A stretch of 64,000 nucleotides of DNA from Victivallaceae bacterium (GCA_016292515.1 JAEDIJ010000006.1:295-64294), one strand, 5' to 3'. Shown: positions 35,737-45,402, counted from the stretch's first letter. Notes: generated by a model from the letters alone, not told the origin. Numbers and translations are program-made.

Positions 35737-36241
35737 GTTATAAGTTTAAAGTTATAAGTTTAAAGTGCTATGCAGGGAGCTTTTCGGCTCCCTGACCCTC
35801 CGACAGCGCCCAAGCATCGCTTGGGCTTAAAAAAGCAAACGGCAAAATGCCATTCTCGCGGCGCCGCCGCGAAATTTACGGGGCGATGGGAATATTGAGA
35901 TTTGTGGGAATTGTGGGAGTTGTGAGATAAGGCAAGTCTGCGATGATCACAATTCTGCAGTAATGAGCGCGATAGAGAGCGTATTGTCCCACAATTCCCA
36001 CTCCTCACATAACTCCCATATAACCACGTTTCTTTCGCGCCCGCGCGCGATGCTTTAAAAACAAACGGCAGTACGCATTGACCAAACCAATCGCGTACTG
36101 CCGTTTTGTATCGCTCTGTAAGCCGATGCGACTTGTCCCGCCGTAGCCTTGGCGAAGGGGGATGCATCGGCGCATTCAGGGGTGCGGGGGCAGTAGCCCC
36201 CGACCAAGCACTGTAAACTTTCAACTTATAACTTAAAACTC
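35735..36241. repeat. MITE-like mosaic palindromic element, copy C, bounded by 34-bp terminal inverted repeats
   Basis: TIRs at 35735-35768 and 36208-36241 are 28/34 complementary. Tandem 14-mer GTTATAAGTTTAAA x2. Arm 35854-35890. Word block TGTGGGAATTGTGGGAGTTGTGAG. A 15-bp perfect stem pairs 35904-35918 with 35987-36001. Arm 36027-36052. Confidence 0.7.
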
Positions 36242-36277
36242 AAAAAAAAGCGGCCATCGAAAAAATTCGATGACCGC
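36242..36277 (-). terminator. rho-independent terminator of the small basic protein gene
   Basis: 12-bp stem GCGGTCATCGAA/TTCGATGGCCGC (one G-U pair) followed by T8 on the minus strand, about 16 nt after the stop. Confidence 0.85.
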
Positions 36278-36293
36278 AAAAAGGAGCTTTTTT

Positions 36294-36449
36294 TTAGATT
36301 TCGACCGGTTTGGTCTTGGGCAGACCGAGAACTTTGTCCTCGGGAATGCGACCATCGGCGCGGAGCACGTTGATGCGCTCATAACGCTTCATGACATTGC
36401 GGACTTTGCGGATCTTGCCGCCGACGCGGAGACTGGGATGCTGAGACAT
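36294..36449 (-). CDS. small basic protein (51 aa), not in the ORF track
   Basis: Hand translation gives MSQHPSLRVGGKIRKVRNVMKRYERINVLRADGRIPEDKVLGLPKTKPVEI. Clean ATG, strong terminator. The + strand ORF 36270-36467 is its shadow. It resembles, from memory, a conserved small basic protein family of PVC bacteria. Confidence 0.7.
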   Translation of the reverse strand: MSQHPSLRVGGKIRKVRNVMKRYERINVLRADGRIPEDKVLGLPKTKPVEI

Positions 36450-36538
36450 GATTTTTATTCCTTATGATGAAAATGAATTTCAAAATACTTCAATTGTCTT
36501 ATAATATAGCACGGAATCCGCGCTTTTCAAGCCGCAAA

Positions 36539-39500
36539 TCAGAGTTTGCGCAAAATTTGTAGCATTTGTTTCATCCGCAGTTGCGGCGGATCGCGGTAGT
36601 CCAGTTGCGGAGCTTTGCCGCGCACGTCGCGGTAGATGGCGCCGCCCGGATTGCGGAGCATCACGCGCCCTTCGATAACGGAAAAAAGAGTATATCCGGC
36701 GCGGGAGGCGAGCAGTTTGAGCCGGGTCACTTCGATCAGGTTGCGCGTGATCTCCGGCAACGCACCGAAACGGTCGGCGAGTTCGGCGGCAAAATCGTCG
36801 AGTTCATTTTCATTGTGAAGCGAAGCGAGTCTGCGGTAGGCGTCGAGCCGGAGTCTTTCGCCGCCGATGTATTCGACGGGGATCGCCGCGGCGATCTGGT
36901 GCGGCGCGGCGCAGAGGGAAAAACTGACGAAGTCGATGGAAATTTCCACTTCCGGCAGAAATTCCGGCTTTTTGCCCTGCAAGGACGCCACTTCCTGTTT
37001 CAAAAGACGGCAGTAGAGATCGAAACCGATCGCGTTGATGTGTCCGGATTGCTCCGCGCCGAGGATGTTTCCGGCGCCGCGGATCTCCAAGTCATGGAGT
37101 GCCAGTTGGATCCCCGCGCCGAGTTTGGTACAGCGGCGGATCGCGGCGAGCCGCCGCTTGGCGTCGCTGCCGATCAGTTGATTTTTGGGCAAAAGCAAAT
37201 AGGCGTACGCCTGATGCTTCCACCTGCCGACTCTGCCGCGCAACTGATAAAGTTCGGCGAGCCCGAAACGCTCGGCGTGCTCGATGATGATCGTGTTTGC
37301 GTGCGGCACGTCCAAGCCTGATTCGATGATGGTCGAGGCGACGAGACAGTCGATTTGACCGGTGAGGAATTTCTGCATCGTTTCCTCCAACTGGTTTTCC
37401 GGCATCTGCCCGTGGGCGACGGAAAATCTGACGTCGGGAAGCAAGGCGCGCAAATGCGCGGCGCAATCTTCGATCGTCTTGACCCGGTTGTGCAGATAAA
37501 AGACCTGTCCGCCGCGGGCGAGTTCCGCCTTGATCGCCGTGACGACCAATTCGTCGTCAAACGGCGCGACGACGGTTTTGACCGGCATCCGCTGTTTCGG
37601 CGCGGTGAGCAACGTGCTCAAATCGCGCGCTCCCGCCATCGCGAGATAGAGCGTGCGCGGGATCGGCGTCGCCGACATCGTCAAAACGTCCGCTTCGGCG
37701 CGGAAACGGCGGAGCCTTTCCTTATGCTCGACCCCGAAACGCTGTTCTTCGTCGATGATGACCAGACCGAGATTGCGGAATTTGATCCTTTCCGACGCGA
37801 GCCGGTGCGTGCCGATCACGATATCGACCGCGCCCGCGGCGAGGTCGGAAATGATTTTCCGCTGTTCTTCCGCCGATGTGAAGCGGCTCAGTTCGGTGAC
37901 GATAAAGGGGTATTCGGCGAAACGCTGATTGAAACTTTGCAGATGCTGGTGCGCCAGAACCGTCGTCGGCGCAAGGATCGCCACCTGATAGCCCGCCGCC
38001 GCCGCGCGGAATGCCGCGCGCATCGCGATCTCCGTTTTGCCGTAGCCGACGTCGCCGCAGAGCAGTCGGTCCATTGGGCGGAGCGATTGCATATCGTGCT
38101 TGACTTCGAGCGTCGCGCGTGCCTGATCGGGCGTGTCGGTAAAGGGAAAACTGCGCAAAAAGGATTCCATCATCGCGTCGTCGGGAGGAAAGGCGATGCC
38201 GGGGATCGACTGGCGCAACGCCTGCATCCGGAGCATGTCGGCGGCGTAGGAATGCACCCCTGCGCGGGCGTTTTCGCGGTCGCGTTTCCACTTGGAGGCG
38301 TTGAGTGCGTGCAGTTTCACTTTGGTGGGCGAGCCGAGGTAGCGGCTCACTTTGTCCGCCTGCAAAATGGGAACGTAAAGGATCTGGTTGTCCTGATACT
38401 CCAAAAGGAGCATTTCGCGGCGTACGCCGCCGCTGGAAACGGTTTTCAAACCGCGGAAAATGCCGATGCCGTGATCGACGTGGACGGCGAGATCGCCGAT
38501 GTCGAGATCGGCGAGTTGAAGATCGGGGAGCGTCGTCGAAGTGTCTTCCGTGACCGCGCCTGAATCGGCGTCGGACGCCGTTTCGTCGGAAGTGATGCGG
38601 AATCCGGCACCGACGATTTCATTGAAATGCAGTGCTTCCAGTTTCCCCGGCAAACGGAAGCCCGATTGCAGATTCAAACTCGCACACTCCGTCGATGCGG
38701 GGAAAAGGTTCTCTTTTTTGCACCATTTCCGGAGATTTTTCATTTCCTCGTCGTGCCGGGTGAAAATGACGCACTTCTCATCGCCCGTGCGGAATTCGTC
38801 GCGCAGACTGTGGCGGAAAAGGATCTCCTCGCTGGCGCGCACGTTGCTGTCGGCGGCAAGTTCCGGCGCGATGCGCGGCAAGATATCCGTTTCCGCGACA
38901 TCGGGGAGCGTTGCGCTCTCTGCGGAGTCGAAAAAGAGCGTCGCGTTTCCGTCGGCAAGTTTTTGCGCGACAAGAGTTTCCATTTTTTTACGCGCGCCGT
39001 CTACGGAGTACCGTTCGAGGTATTGCGCCGACGCTTCGAGGTGGACACCGAGCAGATGCCACTTGATTTTCGCCAGATAAGCGACCGCGTCGGATTTCGC
39101 CGCGCCGCCTGCGGTAATGCCTCCGCGACCGATGATTTCGTAGGAATCGACCTTGCCCGTCGAACGCTGGTCGGTGACGGAAAAAAGCCGCATATCGTCG
39201 ATGACGTCGCCGAAAAATTCGATCCGGCAGGGCGCGTCGGCGGCGGGGCTGAAAACGTCGATCAATCCGCCGCGCCGGGCGAATTCTCCGGGGACGGTCG
39301 CCTCGAATTCATCGTCGTAGTCAAGCGCAACGAGTTTTTCGATGAGCGTTTGCGGCTTGATCTCCATGTTGAGCGTCAATTTGATGCGGCTGTCGCGCGT
39401 CTCGTCGGGCGGCGGCGCCGCGCCGAAAATCGCGTGCGCGCTCCCGACGGCGAGATCGAAATCGCCGTTGAGCAGACGGTCGAGCGCGCGGGCGCGGCGG

Positions 39501-39775
39501 CTCTCCCCGCCGGGGAAAAGCATTTTGCCTCTGCCGCTTTCGGGGATGAGGAGGATTTTTTTGGCGATGCCGAATCGTGCCGTGAGCGAAAAAAGATCGG
39601 TGAAAAGTGCTTCGGCGCAATTTGCCTCCGGCAACATCACGACGAGTTTGCCTTTGCTCGCCAATGCGGCGCGCAAGACCGGCAACGCAAGAACGTTCCG
39701 CTCCACGCCGCGGCGTGAAACAAGAGCCGATGCGCGGTCAGCGAGATAATTTTTCAGAACACTTTGCCAAAACAT
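36539..39775 (-). CDS. mfd: transcription-repair coupling factor
   Basis: UvrB-homology N-terminus, RNAP-interaction domain, superfamily-2 helicase motifs (GDVGYGKTE, DEEQRFG) and a TRCF C-terminal domain. Start at ATG 39775. Confidence 0.92.
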   Translation of the reverse strand: MFWQSVLKNYLADRASALVSRRGVERNVLALPVLRAALASKGKLVVMLPEANCAEALFTDLFSLTARFGIAKKILLIPESGRGKMLFPGGESRRARALDRLLNGDFDLAVGSAHAIFGAAPPPDETRDSRIKLTLNMEIKPQTLIEKLVALDYDDEFEATVPGEFARRGGLIDVFSPAADAPCRIEFFGDVIDDMRLFSVTDQRSTGKVDSYEIIGRGGITAGGAAKSDAVAYLAKIKWHLLGVHLEASAQYLERYSVDGARKKMETLVAQKLADGNATLFFDSAESATLPDVAETDILPRIAPELAADSNVRASEEILFRHSLRDEFRTGDEKCVIFTRHDEEMKNLRKWCKKENLFPASTECASLNLQSGFRLPGKLEALHFNEIVGAGFRITSDETASDADSGAVTEDTSTTLPDLQLADLDIGDLAVHVDHGIGIFRGLKTVSSGGVRREMLLLEYQDNQILYVPILQADKVSRYLGSPTKVKLHALNASKWKRDRENARAGVHSYAADMLRMQALRQSIPGIAFPPDDAMMESFLRSFPFTDTPDQARATLEVKHDMQSLRPMDRLLCGDVGYGKTEIAMRAAFRAAAAGYQVAILAPTTVLAHQHLQSFNQRFAEYPFIVTELSRFTSAEEQRKIISDLAAGAVDIVIGTHRLASERIKFRNLGLVIIDEEQRFGVEHKERLRRFRAEADVLTMSATPIPRTLYLAMAGARDLSTLLTAPKQRMPVKTVVAPFDDELVVTAIKAELARGGQVFYLHNRVKTIEDCAAHLRALLPDVRFSVAHGQMPENQLEETMQKFLTGQIDCLVASTIIESGLDVPHANTIIIEHAERFGLAELYQLRGRVGRWKHQAYAYLLLPKNQLIGSDAKRRLAAIRRCTKLGAGIQLALHDLEIRGAGNILGAEQSGHINAIGFDLYCRLLKQEVASLQGKKPEFLPEVEISIDFVSFSLCAAPHQIAAAIPVEYIGGERLRLDAYRRLASLHNENELDDFAAELADRFGALPEITRNLIEVTRLKLLASRAGYTLFSVIEGRVMLRNPGGAIYRDVRGKAPQLDYRDPPQLRMKQMLQILRKL

Positions 39776-39959
39776 CAAAAAAAGATTTGATTTTGTTGAA
39801 AAACATTTTATATTGGAATTGTAGGACACCTGAAATTGCGTTCCCGAAACGGAAGCGCAGTTTTTTTATATATATTATAGCCGCAAAATGTGTATTTTGA
39901 AAATCAAAAATAACTTTTCTGCTTAAAAAAAAGCGAAAATAAGGAGAATAGAGGGATCT

Positions 39960-41600
39960 ATGGCAACGAAAAAAACGAAAACGACTGAAACGAAACCCGA
40001 AAAATTGACCGCGCCCGCCAAAAAGGCGGCGGAAAAGAAACCCGCGGTGAAAAAAGTCGAAAAGCCCGCTCCGGTCAAGGCCGCCCCCGCCAAGGCGGAG
40101 AAAAAAGCCCCGGTGAAAGCCGTCGCGGCAAAAAAGAGCGCGCCCAAAGCCGCGCCCAAGGCGGAAAAAGTGGAAAAAGCAACTCCTGCCAAAAAAGTTG
40201 CGGAAAAGGCACCTGCGGTGAAAAAAGTCGAAAAACCCGCTCCGATCAAGGCCGCCCCCGCCAAGGCGGAGAAAAAAGCCCCGGTGAAAACCGTCGCGGC
40301 AAAAAAGAGCGCGCCCAAAGCCGCGCCCAAGGCGGAAAAAGTGGAAAAAGCAACTCCTGCCAAAAAAGTTGCGGAAAAGGCACCTGCGGTGAAAAAAGTC
40401 GAAAAACCCGCTCCGATCAAGGCCGCCCCCGCCAAGGCGGAGAAAAAAGTTCCGGTGAAAACCGTCGCGGAAAAGGGCAAATTGATCGATTTCACCGAAA
40501 CGGAACTTGAAGAGACGGAAAACGATGCCGACGATGAGGTCGTGAGCGCGGCTCCGACGCTTCGCCGTAAACTTGTCATCAAAAAAGTTTTTGCGCCTCC
40601 CGTCAAATTCATCCCGCGGACGGAAACGGTCGAGGACGAAGCGGAATCGCGACACCACAAAGAGGCGGTCGCCGAGGAAACCACCCGGATCCGCACGAAA
40701 AAGGAAAAAGATTCCGCCCGCAAAAGCGCGTTGGAAGCGCGCGCCACGCTCGGTACCAAAAACGACACGATGAAAGTCTATATGAGCGAGATCGCCCGGA
40801 TCCCGCTCGTCAATAAAAAAGAGGAAGCGGAACTTGCCGATGCCATTCACGGCGGCGATGACGACCGTCACGAAGACGCACGCACGACCCTGATCAAGGC
40901 GAACTTGCGTCTCGTCGTCAAGATCGCGCACGATTTCAAGGGGCTCGGTCTGCCGCTTCTCGACCTCATCAGCGAGGGCAACATCGGTCTGATGCGCGCG
41001 GTGGAAAAATTCGATCCCACCAAGGGCGCGAAATTCAGCAGTTATGCCGCCTGGTGGATCAAGCAGTCGATGCGCCGCGCTCTGGCGAATCAGAGCCGGA
41101 CGATCCGTATTCCCGTGCAGAGCGCCGGCAAGATCAACAAGATCAAGACGGTGCGGATGCGTCTCACCGAGGAACTCGGCCGCGAACCGAGCGATGCGGA
41201 AATCGCCGAACATCTGGATTTCAGCGAACGCACCGTTGCCGGTCTGCGTCTGGCGGATCTGCGGACGATCTCCCTGCACGACCCGATCCAGCAGGGCGAA
41301 GAGGGGGAATTTCAGGACATCATTCCCGACCGTCACGCGATGACGCCGGATCAGATCATCGGCGACGTGGAATCGGTTTTCCGGTTGCTTGATCTGCTCG
41401 ACAAACTGGAAGAGCGCGAGCGCAAAATTCTTGAAATGCGTTTCGGTCTGCGCGGCAACCGGCCGCTGACGTTGGAGGAAGTCAGTCAGGAGATCGGGCG
41501 CACCCGCGAGCGCGTGCGCCAGATCCAGAATCAGGCGTTGACCAAACTCAAACGTCTGTTGCAGGATGAAGCGGGTTTTTCCGGAGAGAAAGAAGAATAA
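39960..41600 (+). CDS. rpoD: primary RNA polymerase sigma factor with a Lys/Ala/Pro-rich repeat N-terminus
   Basis: Regions 1.2 to 4.2 are present ([68 protein letters not shown]). The N-terminal 170 aa or so is an AKKxP-type repeat. Confidence 0.92.
   Translation: MATKKTKTTETKPEKLTAPAKKAAEKKPAVKKVEKPAPVKAAPAKAEKKAPVKAVAAKKSAPKAAPKAEKVEKATPAKKVAEKAPAVKKVEKPAPIKAAPAKAEKKAPVKTVAAKKSAPKAAPKAEKVEKATPAKKVAEKAPAVKKVEKPAPIKAAPAKAEKKVPVKTVAEKGKLIDFTETELEETENDADDEVVSAAPTLRRKLVIKKVFAPPVKFIPRTETVEDEAESRHHKEAVAEETTRIRTKKEKDSARKSALEARATLGTKNDTMKVYMSEIARIPLVNKKEEAELADAIHGGDDDRHEDARTTLIKANLRLVVKIAHDFKGLGLPLLDLISEGNIGLMRAVEKFDPTKGAKFSSYAAWWIKQSMRRALANQSRTIRIPVQSAGKINKIKTVRMRLTEELGREPSDAEIAEHLDFSERTVAGLRLADLRTISLHDPIQQGEEGEFQDIIPDRHAMTPDQIIGDVESVFRLLDLLDKLEERERKILEMRFGLRGNRPLTLEEVSQEIGRTRERVRQIQNQALTKLKRLLQDEAGFSGEKEE
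40044..40470 (+). repeat. 171-bp in-frame tandem repeat (about 2.5 copies) inside rpoD
   Basis: GCGGTGAAAAAAGTCGAAAA recurs at 40044, 40215 and 40386. Copies 1 and 2 differ at 3 of 171 positions. Confidence 0.9.
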
Positions 41601-41617
41601 AATAAGGATTGACGGTT

Positions 41618-41911
41618 ATGAAAGAGATCACGATTTTTTGTCCGATTTACGCCGCGCCCGGCAAAAAAGACGCTTTGCGTGAAGCGTTGAAAAGTCTGGC
41701 GGCAAAAACGCAAAAGGAAAACGGCAATATCTGCTACCGTCCGCACGAAGCGACGACGGAGGAAAACAAATTTATGATCTACGAGCAGTGGCGCGATCAG
41801 GCGGCGCTCGATCATCATATGCAGCAGGATTATCTGGTGGAGTTCCTCGCGGACAAAGCGGGATTGCTCGCGGACGAGATCCGCGGCACGATCTGCGAGG
41901 AAATGAAATAA
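41618..41911 (+). CDS. ABM-domain (antibiotic biosynthesis monooxygenase-like) protein
   Basis: 97 aa with a ferredoxin-like pattern: ...YRPHE...FMIYEQWRDQAALDHHMQ... ATG 41618 has an AAGGA RBS. Confidence 0.65.
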   Translation: MKEITIFCPIYAAPGKKDALREALKSLAAKTQKENGNICYRPHEATTEENKFMIYEQWRDQAALDHHMQQDYLVEFLADKAGLLADEIRGTICEEMK

Positions 41912-41917
41912 AAGGTT

Positions 41918-43579
41918 TTACAAATCCACCGGACGATGCACGTCAACGACTTTGGCGTCAAAGAGTTCCGCGGTTTCGGCGATGTCGGTTTCCGACATCG
42001 CCTTTTTTAATGCCTCGGGATCGAGGGAAAGGATACTCTGACGTTGTCTTGTGTGCTCCTGCGGCGCCAGACGGTCTTGCGCGTCCGGCGTCGCGGCGGC
42101 GGCCGTTTCCGGTGCGGAGTCCGTGGAGTTGTCTTCATCCGCGGCGTCGTTTTCCAAAGCGGCAACCGACATTTTTTCCGCCGCAGGCGGAAGTTTTTCG
42201 GGAATGCATTCCTCTTTGGATTCCGGAGGAAGAGGCGTTTCAACAGGCGCAGGGGAGGGTGCGGCGTGTTCTTCCGGCTCCTCGTCGACGACGATTTCCG
42301 CTTCCGGCGGGATCGCGGGCAATTCCGGCTCTTTCACCGCGGGTTTTTCCGGCAGAGGTTCGGGAAAAGCCGCAAGCGCCGCGGGTTTTCCCGTCGGCAA
42401 CGTGTCGAGAAATTTCAATTCGCCCGCCGTGCGCAGTTGATTGAGCCGCGCCAGTACGTCTTCGATGCGCACGGCGTGGGCTTCGTGCATCGCTTTGAGC
42501 AAAAGCGTTTCCAGATAGATCTGCTTGTTGACTGCTTCGTGCAAAACGCGGCCGACGCCGGAAAGGATTTCCAGTAAGATGCGCAGTGTTTCCGCCGGAG
42601 CCGCCTTGGCGATCGCCGTGTCGCGCGCGATGATCTCGTCGCTTTCGTCAAGCACTTCGGCGGGATTGCGCAACAACTGGCACAACTGGATCGCGCGCAG
42701 TGATTCCAAAAGATCTTCAAAAAGCGTTTCCAGATTTTTTCCGCGTTTGCTCTGCTGATTGATCAACTTGATCATATCGCCCGGCTGATTGAGCAAAAGC
42801 GCGCGGATCAGACTTTCCAATTCGTTGCGGTCGGTCAAGCCGAAAAGCGACCGCACCTGATCCGCCGAGATCGCGCGTCCGGAACCGTCGGCAAAAAAGG
42901 CGATCACCTGATCGAGCAGAGACTGCGCGTCGCGCATTCCGCCCTCGCCGGAACGGGCGATCGCGCCGAGCGCTTCGGCGTCGATGGCGATCTTTTCCGT
43001 TTCGCAGATGAGTTTCAGCCGTTCGGCGATCAGCCGCGTCGGGATCGGTTGCAGATCAAAACGCTGACAGCGCGACAGAATGGTCGGCAACACGAGGTGG
43101 ACTTCCGTCGTCGCAAAGATGAATTTGACGTGCGACGGGGGTTCTTCGACCGTTTTCAGCAAAACGTTCCACGCCGCGTTGGAAAGCATGTGGACTTCGT
43201 CGATGATGTAAATTTTGTACTTGCCGCCGACGGGGCGCGTCAGGACTTCTTCCGCGAGGGTGCGCATTCCCGCCGCGCTGTTGCGGCTGGCGGCGTCGAT
43301 CTCGATGATGTCGAGACTGCGCTCCTCGGCGATGGCTTGACAACTGGCGCATTTGCAGCAGGGCTCGCCGTTTTCCGGGTGTTCGCAGTTGAGTGCCTTG
43401 GCAAAAATACGCGCAAGCGTCGTTTTGCCGATGCCGCGCGAGCCGACAAAGAGATAAGCGTGGGCGGTGCGTCCGGAAATGATCGCGTTGAGCAATGTGC
43501 GCACGACGTGCTGTTGACCGACGACGTCGGCAAACGTCTGCGGCCGCCATTTGCGGGCGATGACCTGATATTCGCTCAT
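41918..43579 (-). CDS. dnaX: DNA polymerase III subunit gamma/tau
   Basis: KWRPQTFADVVGQ, GSRGIGKTT, Zn module CEHPENGEPCCKCASC and IIDEVHML. ATGA overlap with rph. Confidence 0.92.
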   Translation of the reverse strand: MSEYQVIARKWRPQTFADVVGQQHVVRTLLNAIISGRTAHAYLFVGSRGIGKTTLARIFAKALNCEHPENGEPCCKCASCQAIAEERSLDIIEIDAASRNSAAGMRTLAEEVLTRPVGGKYKIYIIDEVHMLSNAAWNVLLKTVEEPPSHVKFIFATTEVHLVLPTILSRCQRFDLQPIPTRLIAERLKLICETEKIAIDAEALGAIARSGEGGMRDAQSLLDQVIAFFADGSGRAISADQVRSLFGLTDRNELESLIRALLLNQPGDMIKLINQQSKRGKNLETLFEDLLESLRAIQLCQLLRNPAEVLDESDEIIARDTAIAKAAPAETLRILLEILSGVGRVLHEAVNKQIYLETLLLKAMHEAHAVRIEDVLARLNQLRTAGELKFLDTLPTGKPAALAAFPEPLPEKPAVKEPELPAIPPEAEIVVDEEPEEHAAPSPAPVETPLPPESKEECIPEKLPPAAEKMSVAALENDAADEDNSTDSAPETAAAATPDAQDRLAPQEHTRQRQSILSLDPEALKKAMSETDIAETAELFDAKVVDVHRPVDL

Positions 43580-44298
43580 TTGCTTTGCTCCAACGCTTCG
43601 CGCTGTTTGGCAAAAATCTGTTTCAACCCGCATTCCGCGAGGTCGAGCAATTCGTCAAGGCGGCGGCGGTCAAAGGGATTGTGCTCCGCCGTGCCCTGAA
43701 CTTCGATCAGTTTGCCGGATTCGGTCATAATGACATTCATATCGACTTCGGCGGAGGAATCCTCCTCGTAGCAGAGGTCGAGCATCGCTTCGCCGCGGAC
43801 GATCCCGACGCTGACGGCGGCGACAAGTTCTTTGAAAGGCGTTTCATTTTGCGGATAAAGCCGCTTGCAGCCGAGCGCGAGTGCGAGCGCGCCCGCCGTG
43901 ATGCCCGCGCAACGGGTACCGCCGTCGGCGTCGAGGACGTCGCAATCGATGTAGACGGTCTTTTCGCCGAGTTTTTGCAAGTCGGCCGCCATCCGGAGCG
44001 AACGGCCGATCAGCCGCTGGATCTCGACGGTGCGTCCGCCCTGCTTGCCCTGCGAAGCCTCGCGTTTCATTCTTTCTCCGGTGGAAGCGGGGAGCATCCC
44101 GTATTCGCAGGTGATCCAGCCGCCGGGGACTTTTTGCGCTTTCATCCAGCCGGGGACTTTGTCGTCAAAGGTCGCGGCGGCGACGACGTGGGTGTTGCCG
44201 CAACAAAGCAGTGCGGAACCTGCGGGGTGACGCATAAAATCAAGAGTGAAATTCCAAGGGCGCAATTCGTCGTTGGCACGGCCGTCAATTCTGGACAT
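43576..44298 (-). CDS. rph: ribonuclease PH
   Basis: RIDGRANDELRP, GGWITCEYGMLP, GRTVEIQRLIGRSLR and CDVLDADGGTR. Confidence 0.93.
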   Translation of the reverse strand: MSRIDGRANDELRPWNFTLDFMRHPAGSALLCCGNTHVVAAATFDDKVPGWMKAQKVPGGWITCEYGMLPASTGERMKREASQGKQGGRTVEIQRLIGRSLRMAADLQKLGEKTVYIDCDVLDADGGTRCAGITAGALALALGCKRLYPQNETPFKELVAAVSVGIVRGEAMLDLCYEEDSSAEVDMNVIMTESGKLIEVQGTAEHNPFDRRRLDELLDLAECGLKQIFAKQREALEQSK

Positions 44299-44335
44299 CT
44301 GCGGGATTCCTTTGCTCTAAAAACATATAAAAAGA

Positions 44336-44444
44336 GCCGCCGGAGCAGATTGCCCGTGGCCTGTCAAAAGGTGCGTAGGGCTGCTTGGTTCCCCACCTGA
44401 CCCGGTTGGCATTTTTGACAACGCACGAGGTCCACCCCGGCGGC
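44336..44444 (-). ncRNA. ffs: signal recognition particle RNA (small 4.5S type)
   Basis: Minus strand GCCGCCGG...CCGGCGGC closing helix. Conserved domain IV core GGGUCAGGUGGGGAACCAAGCAGCC, compared with E. coli GGUCAGGUCCGGAAGGAAGCAGCC. A T-run follows. Confidence 0.8.
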
Positions 44445-44457
44445 AAAAGTTAACATA

Positions 44458-45300
44458 TCACTGTTTTTGGAAAAAATCAAGCAAAGTCGACAATTCTTTG
44501 CGCAGATTTTTGCGTTCGACGATGCGGTCGATCAGACCTTTCTGCAAAAGGAATTCCGCAGTCTGGAAGCCTTCGGGCAAACGCGCCTTGGTGGTTTCCT
44601 GGATCACGCGGGGACCGGCGAAACCGATCATTGCGCCGGGTTCGGCGAGAATGACGTCGGCGACCGTCGCGAAACTTGCCGTAACTCCGCCGTAGGTCGG
44701 ATCGGTCAATATCGCGATGTAGGGCAATCCCGTTTCGGCGAGCCGCTGGGCGGCACCGCAGGTTTTCGCCATCTGCATCAGACTTAAAATGCCCTCCTGC
44801 ATCCGCGCGCCGCCGGAAGCGGTCACCATAACGGCGGGGATTTTTTTCTTCAACGCCGTTTCAAAGAGCCGCGTGATCTTTTCGCCGACGACGGAGCCCA
44901 TCGAGGCGCCCATAAAGCGGAAGTCCATCACGCCGAGCATAAAGGGACGCTGATCCAAAGTCGCTTTGCCGCAGATGACGGCATCGTTCAAACGGGATTT
45001 TTCCTGACTTTCCGCGATGCGGGCGGAGTATTGCTTGGAGTCTTTGAAAGAAAGCACGTCGACCGAAGTCAATTCGGCGTCGATCTCCTGAAACGACCCC
45101 TCGTCGGTCAACATTTTGATCCTCGCTTCCGCCGAGAGCGGGAAATAAAAATTGCAGTTCCAGCAGACATTAGAATTGTCCGCAAGACGATCGGTATAGA
45201 GCGTGTGACCGCATTTTTTGCATTTGACCCAGGAGCCTTCCGGGATCACCATCTTGTGCTCCCCCGGCTTGGGAATACGCTGTCCGCCAAAAAGAGGCAT
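44458..45300 (-). CDS. accD: acetyl-CoA carboxylase carboxyltransferase beta subunit
   Basis: N-terminal zinc ribbon CKKCGH...CWNC and carboxyltransferase motifs (MGASMGSV, SGGARMQEG). Confidence 0.92.
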   Translation of the reverse strand: MPLFGGQRIPKPGEHKMVIPEGSWVKCKKCGHTLYTDRLADNSNVCWNCNFYFPLSAEARIKMLTDEGSFQEIDAELTSVDVLSFKDSKQYSARIAESQEKSRLNDAVICGKATLDQRPFMLGVMDFRFMGASMGSVVGEKITRLFETALKKKIPAVMVTASGGARMQEGILSLMQMAKTCGAAQRLAETGLPYIAILTDPTYGGVTASFATVADVILAEPGAMIGFAGPRVIQETTKARLPEGFQTAEFLLQKGLIDRIVERKNLRKELSTLLDFFQKQ

Positions 45301-45402
45301 AACTTAACTCCTTTGCTGCATTTCCTTATAATATAACCGCATTTCGCTTTTTTTGCAATCTTTCCCTTTTGGCGTTATATTGTGAAAAAGAAAGGATGGA
45401 CT

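Noticed and set aside
35760-36224. 154-aa ORF spanning repeat element C, and similar ORFs at 7145-7402, 24114-24296, 46351-46709 and 60856-61077
   Set aside because: They lie entirely in repeat and hairpin DNA, lack an RBS, and have a composition unlike the window's genes. I treat them as non-coding.
39738-41336. 532-aa minus-strand ORF with striking internal repeats ([28 protein letters not shown]...)
   Set aside because: It is the mirror image of the rpoD tandem repeat on the other strand. rpoD has full sigma-70 regions, while this ORF has none of the features of a real protein. The same reasoning applies to 11992-14184, 33838-35412, 48527-49948, 49955-51013, 32005-33807, 61581-63020 and similar shadows.
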